This document shows positions 47,414-58,184 of a DNA stretch of 64,000 bases, piece by piece (position 1 is the stretch's first letter; each line of letters begins with the position of its first letter). Location: assembly GCF_006345805.1 (NCBI RefSeq), contig NC_043004.1, positions 106,702,001-106,766,000 on the forward strand, given 5' to 3'. A model generated the notes under the pieces. It was not told the origin of the DNA and did not search any database. It was given only the letters and a program-made list of their open reading frames with translations. Made by a program: the position numbers and the translations under genes. The DNA is from Octopus sinensis. Lineage: Eukaryota.

Positions 47414-47633
47414 GAAAAAAATCCAGCCAAAGTGTAGGGAAAATGTAACTTTCATGTGTAACATCTGGTAAAGACCATAAAAATAATATGTGTGCTTCAT
47501 AAGGGGAGATGTTTAGAGGAGCACTAATTATATACGCCTTTCTGAACATTGGAAGTATTAAACAGACAAACAACGATTAAAACTGCACAACTCTCAGTTG
47601 AGCGGAACGATTATTTCAGTGCAGTCGGTGGCA

Positions 47634-47635
<2 letters not shown>

Positions 47636-47688
<53 letters not shown>

Positions 47689-47813
47689 ACACACACACAC
47701 ACACACGCATATCTATATATCTATATCTATATATAAATATATATATGTCTGTATGTATATGTATGTATGGACACATATGTATGTGCGAGTATGCGTTTAC
47801 ATATATTTGTGCG

Positions 47814-47846
<33 letters not shown>

Positions 47847-47913
47847 TTGTATGTATATATTTATGTATATATGTGTGTGTGTGTGTGTATATAATATACA
47901 TTTGTGTATGCAC

Positions 47914-47956
<43 letters not shown>

Positions 47957-47978
47957 TACATATATATATATATATACA

Positions 47979-48055
<77 letters not shown>

Positions 48056-48085
48056 TATATATATATAATATATATATATATATAT
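47636..48085. repeat. Compound (CA)n/(TG)n/(TA)n microsatellite
   Basis: Direct reading. Confidence 0.95.
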
Positions 48086-48344
48086 TCACTGGTCAATGCA
48101 ATACGTTTTATTTACTTTGGGAATAAATTGAAATGTAAGGTATATCTTTTTAATAAAAATACAATTTTACTAAAACTAGTTTCTTTAATTTTTTTACCTC
48201 CTCATGGGCAACAACCAACGTAAGCCCGGGTCTGATACGTGTCCAGCCTTAGATTTTCAGCAGAAACATATTTTGTATTTTTTGTAGTGAAAAACTCTTA
48301 AGGCTTCGGAAAATGAATGTTTGTCTGATGAAGTTCTAAGAAGA

Positions 48345-49033
48345 CTAGAAACTAATCTGGGTATCTTGGTGGATTCTTCCTTTTCGCCTTCGGCCCAGTG
48401 CGTCCATGCTGCCAACAAAGCGCGCGGAATTCTGTTTTTGATTCGACGGTCATTCGGAATGCTCACAGCAGCCATATTCCTGCCACTCTATGTCACGCTG
48501 GTGAGACCCATATTGGAGTATGGGATTCAAGCCTCTTCTCCTTATCTCCTCAAAGACATACAGCACCTCGAAAGAGTCCAGAGGCTGGCTACCCGCATGG
48601 TTCATGGTCTCAAAAATTTGTCCTACGAAGAAAGGCTGAGGACGCTCGACCTTTGTTCTCTTGAAAAACGCCGCCGCCGTGGTGATCTCATTCTCGCAGA
48701 CAACATCATAAGCGGGAAGTGTAACCTCTCGAAAGAGCTGTTCTTCACTCCTGCTCCGGAGCGTCGGCTGCGGGGTCATTCCGAAAAGCTCTACCTGCGA
48801 CGATTTCATCTCAATCGAAGGAGAGGAGCTTTCTCCGTCCGGGTTGCGGATCCGTGGAACAAGCTGCCAGACGAGATGGTGAAGATGCCGACGACCGCTT
48901 TGTTCAAAGCCTCCCTGGACCTCAAGTGGCCTGAACTCTTTACATGAACACCACCCTGTACTTAACTCCATGTCCCCCTACATGGCCTTGCTATTTGCTT
49001 TTGAGCCAAATTAACTAACTAACTAACTAACTA
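48345..49033 (+). mobile_element. CR1/L2-group LINE 3' end, 5'-truncated, (TAAC)n tail
   Basis: NLGILVDSSFS..YVTLVRPILEYG..LERVQRLATRMV..SLEKRRRRGDLI..RGHSEKL..FSVRVADPWNKLP; ORF uninterrupted for ~200 codons. Confidence 0.95.
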
Positions 49034-49181
49034 ATGATATCGGCCCCACTTTTTCTGCTCACAGAAAAGTCATATCTAATCTTCAACTACTTGTAAAAAA
49101 ATTATGTTAATTTTTACAAGACCAAACGTATGCTTATTTAGAAAATAAAGGTCTGCCTAATATTTCCGATTAATCCCTCTC

Positions 49182-49250
<69 letters not shown>

Positions 49251-49252
<2 letters not shown>

Positions 49253-49811
49253 TGCCCTGAGGCAGTGGCTCTCGGGGCTTTTGATCTTAAATGATTGATC
49301 TTAAATGATTGGAAGTGTTATCATGTACTTTGTTTTGTCTTGGTATAAAAGATGGGCTACAGCAAATATTCTGCTCAATACCACAGATTTGCTTGTCAGC
49401 TGTTTGACCTTAACCATTTGGGCATGTCCCTTAGTGACTGACGATATGTGCATCTCTGATCACGAGCAGAAGTAGTGGAGGAGCATCATAGCCATATGTT
49501 GAGGGGGATTCTTTGGTGTTTGAATAATTCACCTCTGGAAACATAGGTGTTTTGTTCAACATCCTTAAACAACCCTTATTCAGGGACCTTTTGAACAGGA
49601 TGGGTTACTCGACAAGAAGAAAATTCTAATTGGGCCCCTCCTGCAAGATCATGTGCTGTTTATCTTGATATGAGATCACTATGTCGTGCACATATGGTTG
49701 TGATGCATGTGCCTAGTATACCCTTATCAGACGGGTAGTCATGATGGGTATACTGGGCTTCGTATATTTTACCCCAGTGTCACTTTGATGGCATGCACTG
49801 CTCTCTCACTC
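49251..49811 (+). mobile_element. Element C, second copy, flanked by (AAT)n on both sides
   Basis: Reverse complement of 45954-46492; (aat)n at 49183-49250 and 49812-49842. Confidence 0.9.
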
Positions 49812-49843
<32 letters not shown>

Positions 49844-49898
49844 GAAGAAGAAGAAGAAAAGAAGAAGAAGAAGAAGAAGAAGAAGAAGAAGAAGAAGA

Positions 49899-50506
49899 AT
49901 CCTTTCTACTATCGGCAAAAGGCCTGAAATTTGAAGGGAGGGAGCAAGTTCATATAGCACCGACCCCAGTACTAGACTAGTACTTAATTTATCGTCCCCG
50001 AAATGATGAGAGGGAAAGTCCCCAAAGTCCATCCCCTCCTCACCGTGGTAGGGACGGGACGCTGGCAACGGGTAGTGTCAGAGCTATGCCATCGGGAAAT
50101 TCGGTTCCTGGTAGGGCCACCCAAGGCGGATTGGTCTGATACCGAGTGGTATTAGGGCCACAACCCGGCAGACGAGGCTCTGGTGAAAATCCTCTGAGTG
50201 TCTGCTTCGGCAACCGGCAGCTCCTCGGTCGTTCTGTTCCTGCGTCTGCGGACAATCTGCTGCAAACAGGATGTCCCCACATGCGGGATTGTTGAGGACC
50301 GCTTGTGAAATCCACATATTCCCACGAAACTTCTTCAACGAGTAGAAGAAGCCGACTCAACCCGCCCAGGGTGAATGTCGCCACAAGTAAGTAAGTAAGT
50401 AAAGGGAAAGTCGACCTCGGCGGAATTTGAACTCAGGACGTAAGGACGGACGAAATGCCGCTAAGCATTTTGCCCGGCGTGCTAACGATTCTGCCAGCTC
50501 ACCGCC
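49899..50506 (-). mobile_element. SINE family A split by a 382-bp insertion
   Basis: Head 50403-50506 and core/tail 49899-50020 rejoin at agggaaagtc. Confidence 0.88.
50021..50402 (+). mobile_element. Short non-autonomous RTE derivative (RTE 5'UTR motif + (TAAG)n tail), 10-bp TSD
   Basis: gagctatgcc..cctggtagggccacccaaggcgga matches the RTE/BovB/Expander 5'UTR motif as remembered; tail aagtaagtaagtaagtaa; TSD AGGGAAAGTC at 50011-50020 and 50403-50412. Confidence 0.8.
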
Positions 50507-50522
50507 ATAATAATACTAATAA

Positions 50523-50588
<66 letters not shown>

Positions 50589-50592
50589 TAAC

Positions 50593-50633
<41 letters not shown>
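50506..50633. repeat. (AAT)n microsatellite
   Basis: Direct reading. Confidence 0.95.
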
Positions 50634-50634
<1 letters not shown>

Positions 50635-50709
50635 TTCGTTTGGGGATTTGGTTTGCAAGATTCTTTATGTGAGTTCGCGTGTTGAAGCATATTCTATTGT
50701 GTCTGGATA

Positions 50710-51000
50710 GAATCATTCTCTTTTGGTGCCTTATACTTTAAAACACTCACCGATAAAATTTCCACTTATTACATACATACATAGGCACACACACACACAC
50801 ACATACGCACACACACACACTGATCCACACACACCCACACATGCGCACAAACAAAATGGAACGCAGTGTGAGTAACGGACAGAGTCAAATCTATTGAAAA
50901 GGTTGCAGGACGCAACGAAAATTTTAGAGAAATAAAAGAAATAAGTGGAAATTTTACCGGTGAGTGTTTTAAATTATAAGGCACCAAAAGAGAATGACTC
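50710..51000. mobile_element. Palindromic MITE-like element, 61-bp matching outer arms
   Basis: gaatcattctcttttggtgcc..tttccacttatt / aataagtggaaa..ggcaccaaaagagaatgactc. Confidence 0.8.
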
Positions 51001-51514
51001 TTTATAATAATAATAATAATAATAATAATATAATAATAATAATAATAATAATAATATCAACACAATGGTTCTGATGTTGAGGTCTTCCATCTCATATCAT
51101 AAGAGTGTTTAATGCCTGTGCAGTGCGGTGAGAATTAATTAATCTACATTATCAGGCTACGCACTTTTATGAAACTTGGGCTAGCTTGCCTCTACTCCGG
51201 TTTGTAAATGCTATAAATAACTATAAAACTACACGTTGTCAGCGCACGCACTGTACTGCAACTTGGACAAATTTAACTCGATCTTCGTTTGTAAGCACTA
51301 AAAATAATTATAAGTTTCACTCTGTGACAGTGAATGCACTATTATACTACTGAAATTGTCCAGTTTGGCTCTGTCAGTGTTGCACAGACTATAAATAACC
51401 ATAGACTACTCTGTGACAGTGTATGCACTGTTATACAACAGAGGCAGATCAGTGTGCATGTGTGTGTGTATGTATATATGTATGTATATATATATATATT
51501 ATATATATATATAT

Positions 51515-51616
<102 letters not shown>

Positions 51617-51639
51617 GTAGATAGATAATTATATATATA

Positions 51640-51990
51640 TATTCTTTTATTCGTTTCAGTCATTTTAACTGCGGACATGCTGAAGCCACGCCTTTAGTCG
51701 AGCAAATCGACCCCAGGACTTATTCTTTGTAAGCCTCGTACTTATTATATCGGTCTCTTCTGCCGAATCACTAAGTTACGGGTACGTAAACACACCAGCG
51801 ATGTTGGGGGACACACACACACAAGCATATATACACACAAACATACATGCATATATATATATATATATATATATATACGACGGGATTCTTTCAGTTTCCG
51901 TCTACCAAAATCCACTCACAAGGCTTTGGTCGGCCCGAGGCTATAGTAGTAGACACTTGCCCAAGGTGCCACGCAGTGGAACTGAACCTT
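51640..51990 (-). mobile_element. SINE family B
   Basis: caaggctttggtcggcccgaggctatagtagtagacacttgcccaaggtgcc and the 3' part. Confidence 0.9.
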
Positions 51991-51992
51991 GA

Positions 51993-52280
51993 ACACACTT
52001 TCTGCGCTCTATCAGTATTTGCAAAGGGAAGTCATCCTTCCCATCTCCAACCTGACGTGATACACACGGACCCTGGCTTCTAGGTATTGACCCGTCATCA
52101 GCGTGTGACAATCACTGGTTGTCGATGTGAAGTGGTTCCCAATGCATATATATATATATATATCCTTTTTCCAGTTACGAAAAGTCACTGATCTTGATAA
52201 AAGGGTGAACAAGCAACAACAAATCTCTGAGCGAGGTATAGACAGTAGGTGCACGACATCATGAAGTACATTTGCCACTT
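51993..52280 (-). mobile_element. Family F copy 2 (hammerhead repeat), segments in permuted order
   Basis: 51993-52113 matches 30765-30882; 52221-52280 matches 30628-30688 (48/60 identical). Confidence 0.85.
52063..52107 (-). ncRNA. Type I hammerhead motif, copy 2
   Basis: Minus strand: CACACG-CTGATGA-C-GGGT caat ACCT-A-GAA-GCCAGG-GTC|CGTGTG; canonical CUGAUGA and perfect 6-bp stem I, stem III decayed. Confidence 0.7.
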
Positions 52281-52284
52281 CGTA

Positions 52285-52590
52285 GGATCGCGGTTTCGGT
52301 TCCTAGACCGGACGTTGTAAGCGTTTATTGAGCTAAAACACCTAAGACTCCACGAGGCTCCAGCAGGGGGCTGGTAGCGAACCCTGCTGTACTGTTCACC
52401 ACAACTTTCTCTCACTCTTTCTTCCTGTTTCTGCTGTACCTGTATTTCAAAGGGCCTGTCTTGTCACACTCTGTATCACGCTGAATCTCCCCGAGAACTA
52501 CGTTAAGGGTACGCGTGTCTGTGGAGTACTCAGCCACTTACACGTTAATTTCGCGAACAGGCTGTTCCGTTGATCGAATCAACTGGAACC
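52285..52590 (+). mobile_element. SINE family E
   Basis: ggatcgcggtttcggttcctagaccgg (B-box-like) ..gctgttccgttgatcgaatcaactggaacc; recalled as a common octopus repeat. Confidence 0.65.
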
Positions 52591-52857
52591 AAATATAATC
52601 TTTAATGCCTAAGACAATACTACAATGGCATATATGGGCAATTTAAGTTGGATTGTCTCTTGACCATAGGCTGAAACAGCTGTAAGGAGCAGTTTATTTG
52701 TATTATTTTAATTTATTATTAATTTGCATATTGATGTATATTGTTTTGTTCGATTTTCATGTTCCCATTTGTATAATTAATAAATAATATGAAATTATAA
52801 TATCCGTAAGTTGATGATCGAAATGAATTTGTTCCTCCATTTTCTTATATATATATA

Positions 52858-52890
<33 letters not shown>

Positions 52891-52891
<1 letters not shown>

Positions 52892-53452
52892 TGGGTTGTC
52901 CGAAAGTTCGTGCCAATTTATAGTAGCTTACCTTTCGACTTATTTTAGAACATCCTTGAATCCATAAAATAGGATTTGACTACACCTCCATTTAGAGCAC
53001 AGTTTAAGCTATCTTTTCGTGGAAGAAGGTTTATGTTTCTATAACCTGTGTTAATTCTGTAACCCTTTAAAATGGAAGATAAGAAAGTTCATTTTCGGCA
53101 CTTGATGCTTTGGGAACCAGACAAAAATATGCTGCAGCTCGGCTGGGATGTGTTACCCCACCCTCCATATTCACCAGATATTGTTCCTTTGGATTTTCAC
53201 TTACTCAGGTCTCTGCAGAATAGTCTTAATGGTAAGAATTTCAGTTCATTGGATGACGTAAAAAGATACCTTGATGAGATCTTTGCTATGAAACCACCTC
53301 AATTCTGGGAAGAGGGTATTTTCAAGTTAAAGGAAAGATGGAGACGCATTGAGCAACAAAATGGTTCATATTTGGTTGATTAAAAATGTAATGGCAAGTA
53401 TTTATTGACCTTTTTCTTTCCTTTAAAAATCGGCACGAACTTTCCGGACAAC

Positions 53453-53456
<4 letters not shown>
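52891..53456 (+). mobile_element. Internally deleted mariner (second family) inserted in (TA)n
   Basis: TIRs ttgggttgtccgaaagttcgtgcc / ggcacgaactttccggacaacccaa, TA flanks. Confidence 0.95.
53072..53383 (+). CDS. In-frame N-/C-terminal fusion remnant of mariner transposase (103 aa)
   Basis: MEDKKVHFRHLMLWE joined to LGWDVLPHPPYSPDIVPLDFHLLRSL..KLKERWRRIEQQNGSYLVD*. Confidence 0.6.
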   Translation: MEDKKVHFRHLMLWEPDKNMLQLGWDVLPHPPYSPDIVPLDFHLLRSLQNSLNGKNFSSLDDVKRYLDEIFAMKPPQFWEEGIFKLKERWRRIEQQNGSYLVD

Positions 53457-53487
<31 letters not shown>

Positions 53488-53834
53488 CAATCTATGTATA
53501 TACAAATGCGTGAGTGTGTGTCCATATGCGTTCAGGCGGTGAGTGTGTGAGTGCATGTGTATACAAAGTAAAGGATCTAAAAATTGTACAAAGGACGACA
53601 GCAAAAAATACTTTGTGATGAGTTTATGCCATCGAAGAGAAAACAGATGAAGACGCAAGGGCACATTGTCATGCATATGCGTGTGCGTGCGCATGTGTGA
53701 AGTACAAGAAATTGGAAGGCAAAACCAGAAGAAAATTGTCAACTATACATAACAAACGAAAAAAGGTGAAGATGTTTAGTGGTGGGAGAGGAGGGTTGAA
53801 GAAGGGGAGGGTGGGGCAGGCGTAGTGGAGCAGG

Positions 53835-54308
53835 CATGGTGGTGGTGGTGATGGTGATGGTGATGGTGGTGGTGGTGATGTTGGTGGTATTAGTAGATGG
53901 CAGTGACAGTGTTGGAAATATTGAAGGCGGTGACAGTGTTGATATGGCGGTGGGGATAGGATTGGGACAGATATTTCGGAAGGCTGGTTCGTATGCTGTT
54001 GGGGAGGAAGAAAATTAGGAGATGAGAAGGAGGCAAATGTGAAGCGGTGAAGAGATGATGATGGTGGTGGTGGTGGTGGTGGTGGTGGTGGTGATGACGA
54101 CGACGATGATATTGACGACAATAATGATGATGATGTGGAGGAGGAGGCCGATGGTGGTGATGATGGTGATGATGATGATTATGAGGACGGTGATGTAGTT
54201 CAGAAAAATTAGAACTTTTAGGATTAAGAATAGTACAAATATCATCATCATCATCATCATCATCCTTAATATGTCTGCCATCATCTTTAGCAGTACAAGT
54301 AGTTGTAT

Positions 54309-54376
<68 letters not shown>

Positions 54377-54600
54377 CAGCAGCAGCAGCAGCAGCCACTG
54401 CCTCCTCCCTCCCTCTGCCAGATCCGTTATATCATGGCGCTATTGTGTCTATATAGTCAGATAACCACGGATGCAATTATCTCCTTTTATTTAGTTCCGG
54501 TTTACTTCACTCCCGACCACACACATCCCACCCATCCATCCGCCTGCCATCGCCATCACAACACCACCAGCACCACCAGCACCACCAGCACCACCAGCAG
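53835..54600. repeat. Cluster of trinucleotide repeats (GGT, GAT, CAT, AGT, GCA, CCA)
   Basis: Direct reading. Confidence 0.9.
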
Positions 54601-54689
54601 TGCCACAAACCCTACACAGAGGGCGCTGTCAAACAGTATCCTACACCGTACACTACAGACAGACAGATTATATGTATTGCATATACGTT

Positions 54690-54695
54690 TATACG

Positions 54696-54787
<92 letters not shown>

Positions 54788-54985
54788 GTATATATATGTA
54801 TATATATATATATCTGTGTGTGTGTGTGTGTATGTATGTATGATATTGTATGTATGAATACATACATACAAAATAAATATATAATATATATATATAATAT
54901 AATATATATATATATATTATATAATCTGTATGCATGTAGGCATATATGAATATGCGTGTGTGTGTATGTGTGTATGTATGTGTGA
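54690..54985. repeat. (TA)n/(TG)n microsatellite
   Basis: Direct reading. Confidence 0.9.
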
Positions 54986-55499
54986 AAGGGAAGAGAAGGA
55001 GAGATAGATATGTTTGAGTAGATTGGGGCAACTTTCTCATGGTTAACCCCAACTGACATTATAAATAATCGGGTGACATAGAAACCTAAATATTAACGGG
55101 TTCCTTTCAAGGCATAAAGCCTGATGTTTTGAGAGAAGAGAGGAAATGGATTGTGAGATGTTCATGCATTTACCAAGAACATTCTTTCATTTTATCATCC
55201 ACTTTTTTAGAAAAATTTTATGTGGTTGTAACCTAATCAAAGAAAGAAGGGCAGAGCCTATAACATATTTGGGAAGACGTCCGAGGCTGATTGGAAAAAA
55301 AGGGCGGAAAATCCACGAATGCTGCAGTAGGGAGCAGGTCATCAAGATTATGTTACCCTCAAACTAAAGGGTTGCACCAAATGTTTTTAATAATGTGGGC
55401 TCCACTAAAGCCACCCAAGGGACCCCACCTGGCCCTTGGGTGGCTTCAGAGCAGTGGTTCAGAAATAATACATTCAAAGGGATTCTGCACGTTTCCGGT

Positions 55500-55880
55500 C
55501 ACCCAGTTTTACAAGACTTAGATTGCTCTAAGACAATATTAGAAAGAGTTTCGCAATGGCCTTGAAGCCAAGCCATTCGCGGAGTTTGGCAACAAGCCAC
55601 TGTTAATCGAAGAGAACATTTTGATGGAATTTGTTGAAATAAAGATGTTAAAAAGTCACCCGTTAACATATTCAATGAGTTCAATTTTAAGGTGACAGTA
55701 GGTGCAACTCTAAATATAGCTAACTTTCGAGATACGAAATGAATATTTAACAAAACTTAAAACTCCAAACAAATATATGTTCTTTTATTTTAAACGAAAC
55801 CAAAGATATACGTGAAACAGACATCAATGCATCCCAAAGACAGTTTCTGAACACTATTACCAATACCTCTAATAAAACTA
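55500..55880 (+). mobile_element. Degenerate PLE RT relic
   Basis: DVKKSPVNIFNEFNFKVTVGATLNIANFRDT ~ IKK.L..IF....LKITI.ANL..VNFLD; then IYVKQTSMHP..LLP. Confidence 0.55.
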
Positions 55881-56847
55881 ACGTTCCTACTTACCGTTAC
55901 CGAAATTATTACGCAATCAATTTATGTTAACAGCCTGAAAATAGATGAGAAAGTGTAAACTTTAGCGTGGAGTAAATGATACATTATTTACAAAGATCAC
56001 GAAGATAATTTCCTTTCCAGTCTCAAATTCAAATCAGTGAATCCGAAAAAGATGCATTGCGTAGGGTTTGTAAAAGCATCTGAGATCCCACTATTCTTAA
56101 TATTTAGTAAACTCCTTCTCTTTCGCTACGAATTAATAATTTGCCAATTACTAAATGATTCAATAACACAAATAATAAGTACCCTTTTGAATACTGCGCT
56201 TCGGTATATTAAGAGTTCCATCTGTCTACAGCTAAATCCCTTTTTGAAAATCCTTTAAAGTTTGGTAGGGATTTTATTCCAGTTAATGAAGAGACATTAA
56301 CCTTTTGCAATCTAGGAATTTTTTTTTTTACTCTTTTACAAGAATTCTTCTCGAGTTAAAGGCAATACCCAGGAATTGTTTGATGTAACTAAAGGTTTGT
56401 ATGGTTGGGATTTGTGAATTGATAGGATTGTGCATATTAGACTTTGAAAAGGGTTCTTCTATAAAAAAAAAAAGGTCCGGGCTTCGTGGTGAAGTTAGAC
56501 TATTCCATTTGCGAGTTATGAATAGCCACACAATAGTGCTTTTAAGCAGGTATTTATTAACATATACAAAGAGTTTTATTTAAAGATCACAAGTTATACG
56601 AATCTACATATAGTGAATTTTTTAAAGCCTAAATTTAGGTACGGGTAAATACTATTCCCATAGGAAACCTAAATAGAAATTGCAGTGCATTAACAACATT
56701 TCCAACCGTCGCCCAGTAATTCATAGAAAATTAGTTAATAATTTTAATAAGTACGCATCCAGTTTATCTAACCACTCCGTTTGTCTTTATAATGACGCGT
56801 TAGAAAATAACAACTTCAAAAATAGGATGTCTATTTATAGGGCAGTG

Positions 56848-57042
56848 CTGAGCAGCGAGTTGGAGAAGATGTTAGCGGCATTTTTTAGCCTCTTAACGTT
56901 CTCAGTTCTAATACCATCGAGGTGGACTTTGCCTTTCATCATTTCAGGGTCTATAAAATAAGTACCAGTCGAGTACTGGGGTCGATGTAATCAACTAGCT
57001 ACGTCCCTCTACATTTCAAGCTGTGTACTTATAGTAGAAAGA
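56848..57042 (+). mobile_element. SINE family A, degenerate
   Basis: ggactttgcctttcatcatttcagggtctataaaataagtaccag..ctggggtcgatgtaatc. Confidence 0.8.
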
Positions 57043-57282
57043 ATTATTTATTGAACAGTTCCATTGAGCAGAACGGCAAAATAGGAAGTACCCAAAATCC
57101 ATCCATCCATCAAATCGTGCATGCATGCATGGTTGGACGGATAGGTAGGTGCGTGCGTGTAACCATAATATTTACTATGATAATTTCTGAGTACAGTTGA
57201 AGTTGAATCATAAACTGTCTTCATACAGGTTCCCTATATGAGTGCGTCTGCGCACGCCTGTATCTATAAATGAAGAATTTAT

Positions 57283-57500
57283 GTATGTATGTATGTATGT
57301 ATGTAAGTAAGTATGTATGTATGTATGTGTGTATGTATGTATGTATGTATGTATGTATATATGTATGTATGTATGTATGTATGTGTGTGTGTGTATGTAT
57401 GTATGCATGTATGTATGTATGTATGTATGTATGTATGTATGTGTGTGTGTGTGTGTGTGTGTGTATGTATGCATGTATGTATGGATGGATGGATGGATGG
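57283..57500. repeat. (TATG)n/(TG)n/(TGGA)n microsatellite
   Basis: Direct reading. Confidence 0.95.
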
Positions 57501-57519
57501 ATTTGTGTCTTTTACTCTT

Positions 57520-57918
57520 TTGCTTGTTTCAGTCATTTGACTGTGGTCATGCTGGAGCACCGCCTTTAGTCGAGCAAATCGCCCCCAGGATTTATTGTTT
57601 GTAAGCCTAGTACTTATTGTATCGGTCTCTTTTGCCGAACCGCTAAGTTACGGGGACGTAAACGCACCAGCATCGCTTGTCAAGCGATGTTGGGGTGTGG
57701 GGACAAATACAGACACACAAACATGCACACACATAAATATATATATGCATATATACGACGGGCTTCTTTCAGTTTCCGTCTACCAAATCCACTCACAAGG
57801 CTTTGGTCGGCCCGAGGCTATAGTAGAAGACACTTGCCCAAGGTGCCACACAGTGGAACTGAACCCAGAACCATGTGGTTGGTAAGCAAGCTACTTACCA
57901 CACAGCCACTCCTGTGCC
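57520..57918 (-). mobile_element. SINE family B, full length (~400 bp)
   Basis: Minus strand head ggcacaggagtggctgtgtggtaagtagc (A box) ..gggttcagttcc (B box); resembles tRNA-derived octopus SINEs, named family not verified. Confidence 0.92.
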
Positions 57919-57934
57919 TATTGGGTTGTTTATA

Positions 57935-58184
57935 TTGGGTTGGTGCATAATTATTGCAGCTTTTTTTCAACAAATTTTATTCAACAAAAACAATAACAAT
58001 ATTTAACAAAAACATCTTCAAATGACGGTCTGACGGTCTGCCAAACAAATGGGAAGCAGTAATTGAAGTAGATGGTGAATATGCTCCGGAATAATCATTT
58101 AAAGATGTTTTTGTTACATGTTGTTATTGTTTTTGTTGAATAAAATTTGTTGAAAAAAGCAGCAATAATTATGCACCAACCCAA
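57935..58184. mobile_element. 250-bp mariner-derived MITE (third family)
   Basis: TA TSD; ~85-bp TIRs starting ttgggttggtgcataattattgc; centre encodes DGLPNKWEAVIEVDGEYAPE*, the mariner C-terminus. Confidence 0.9.
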
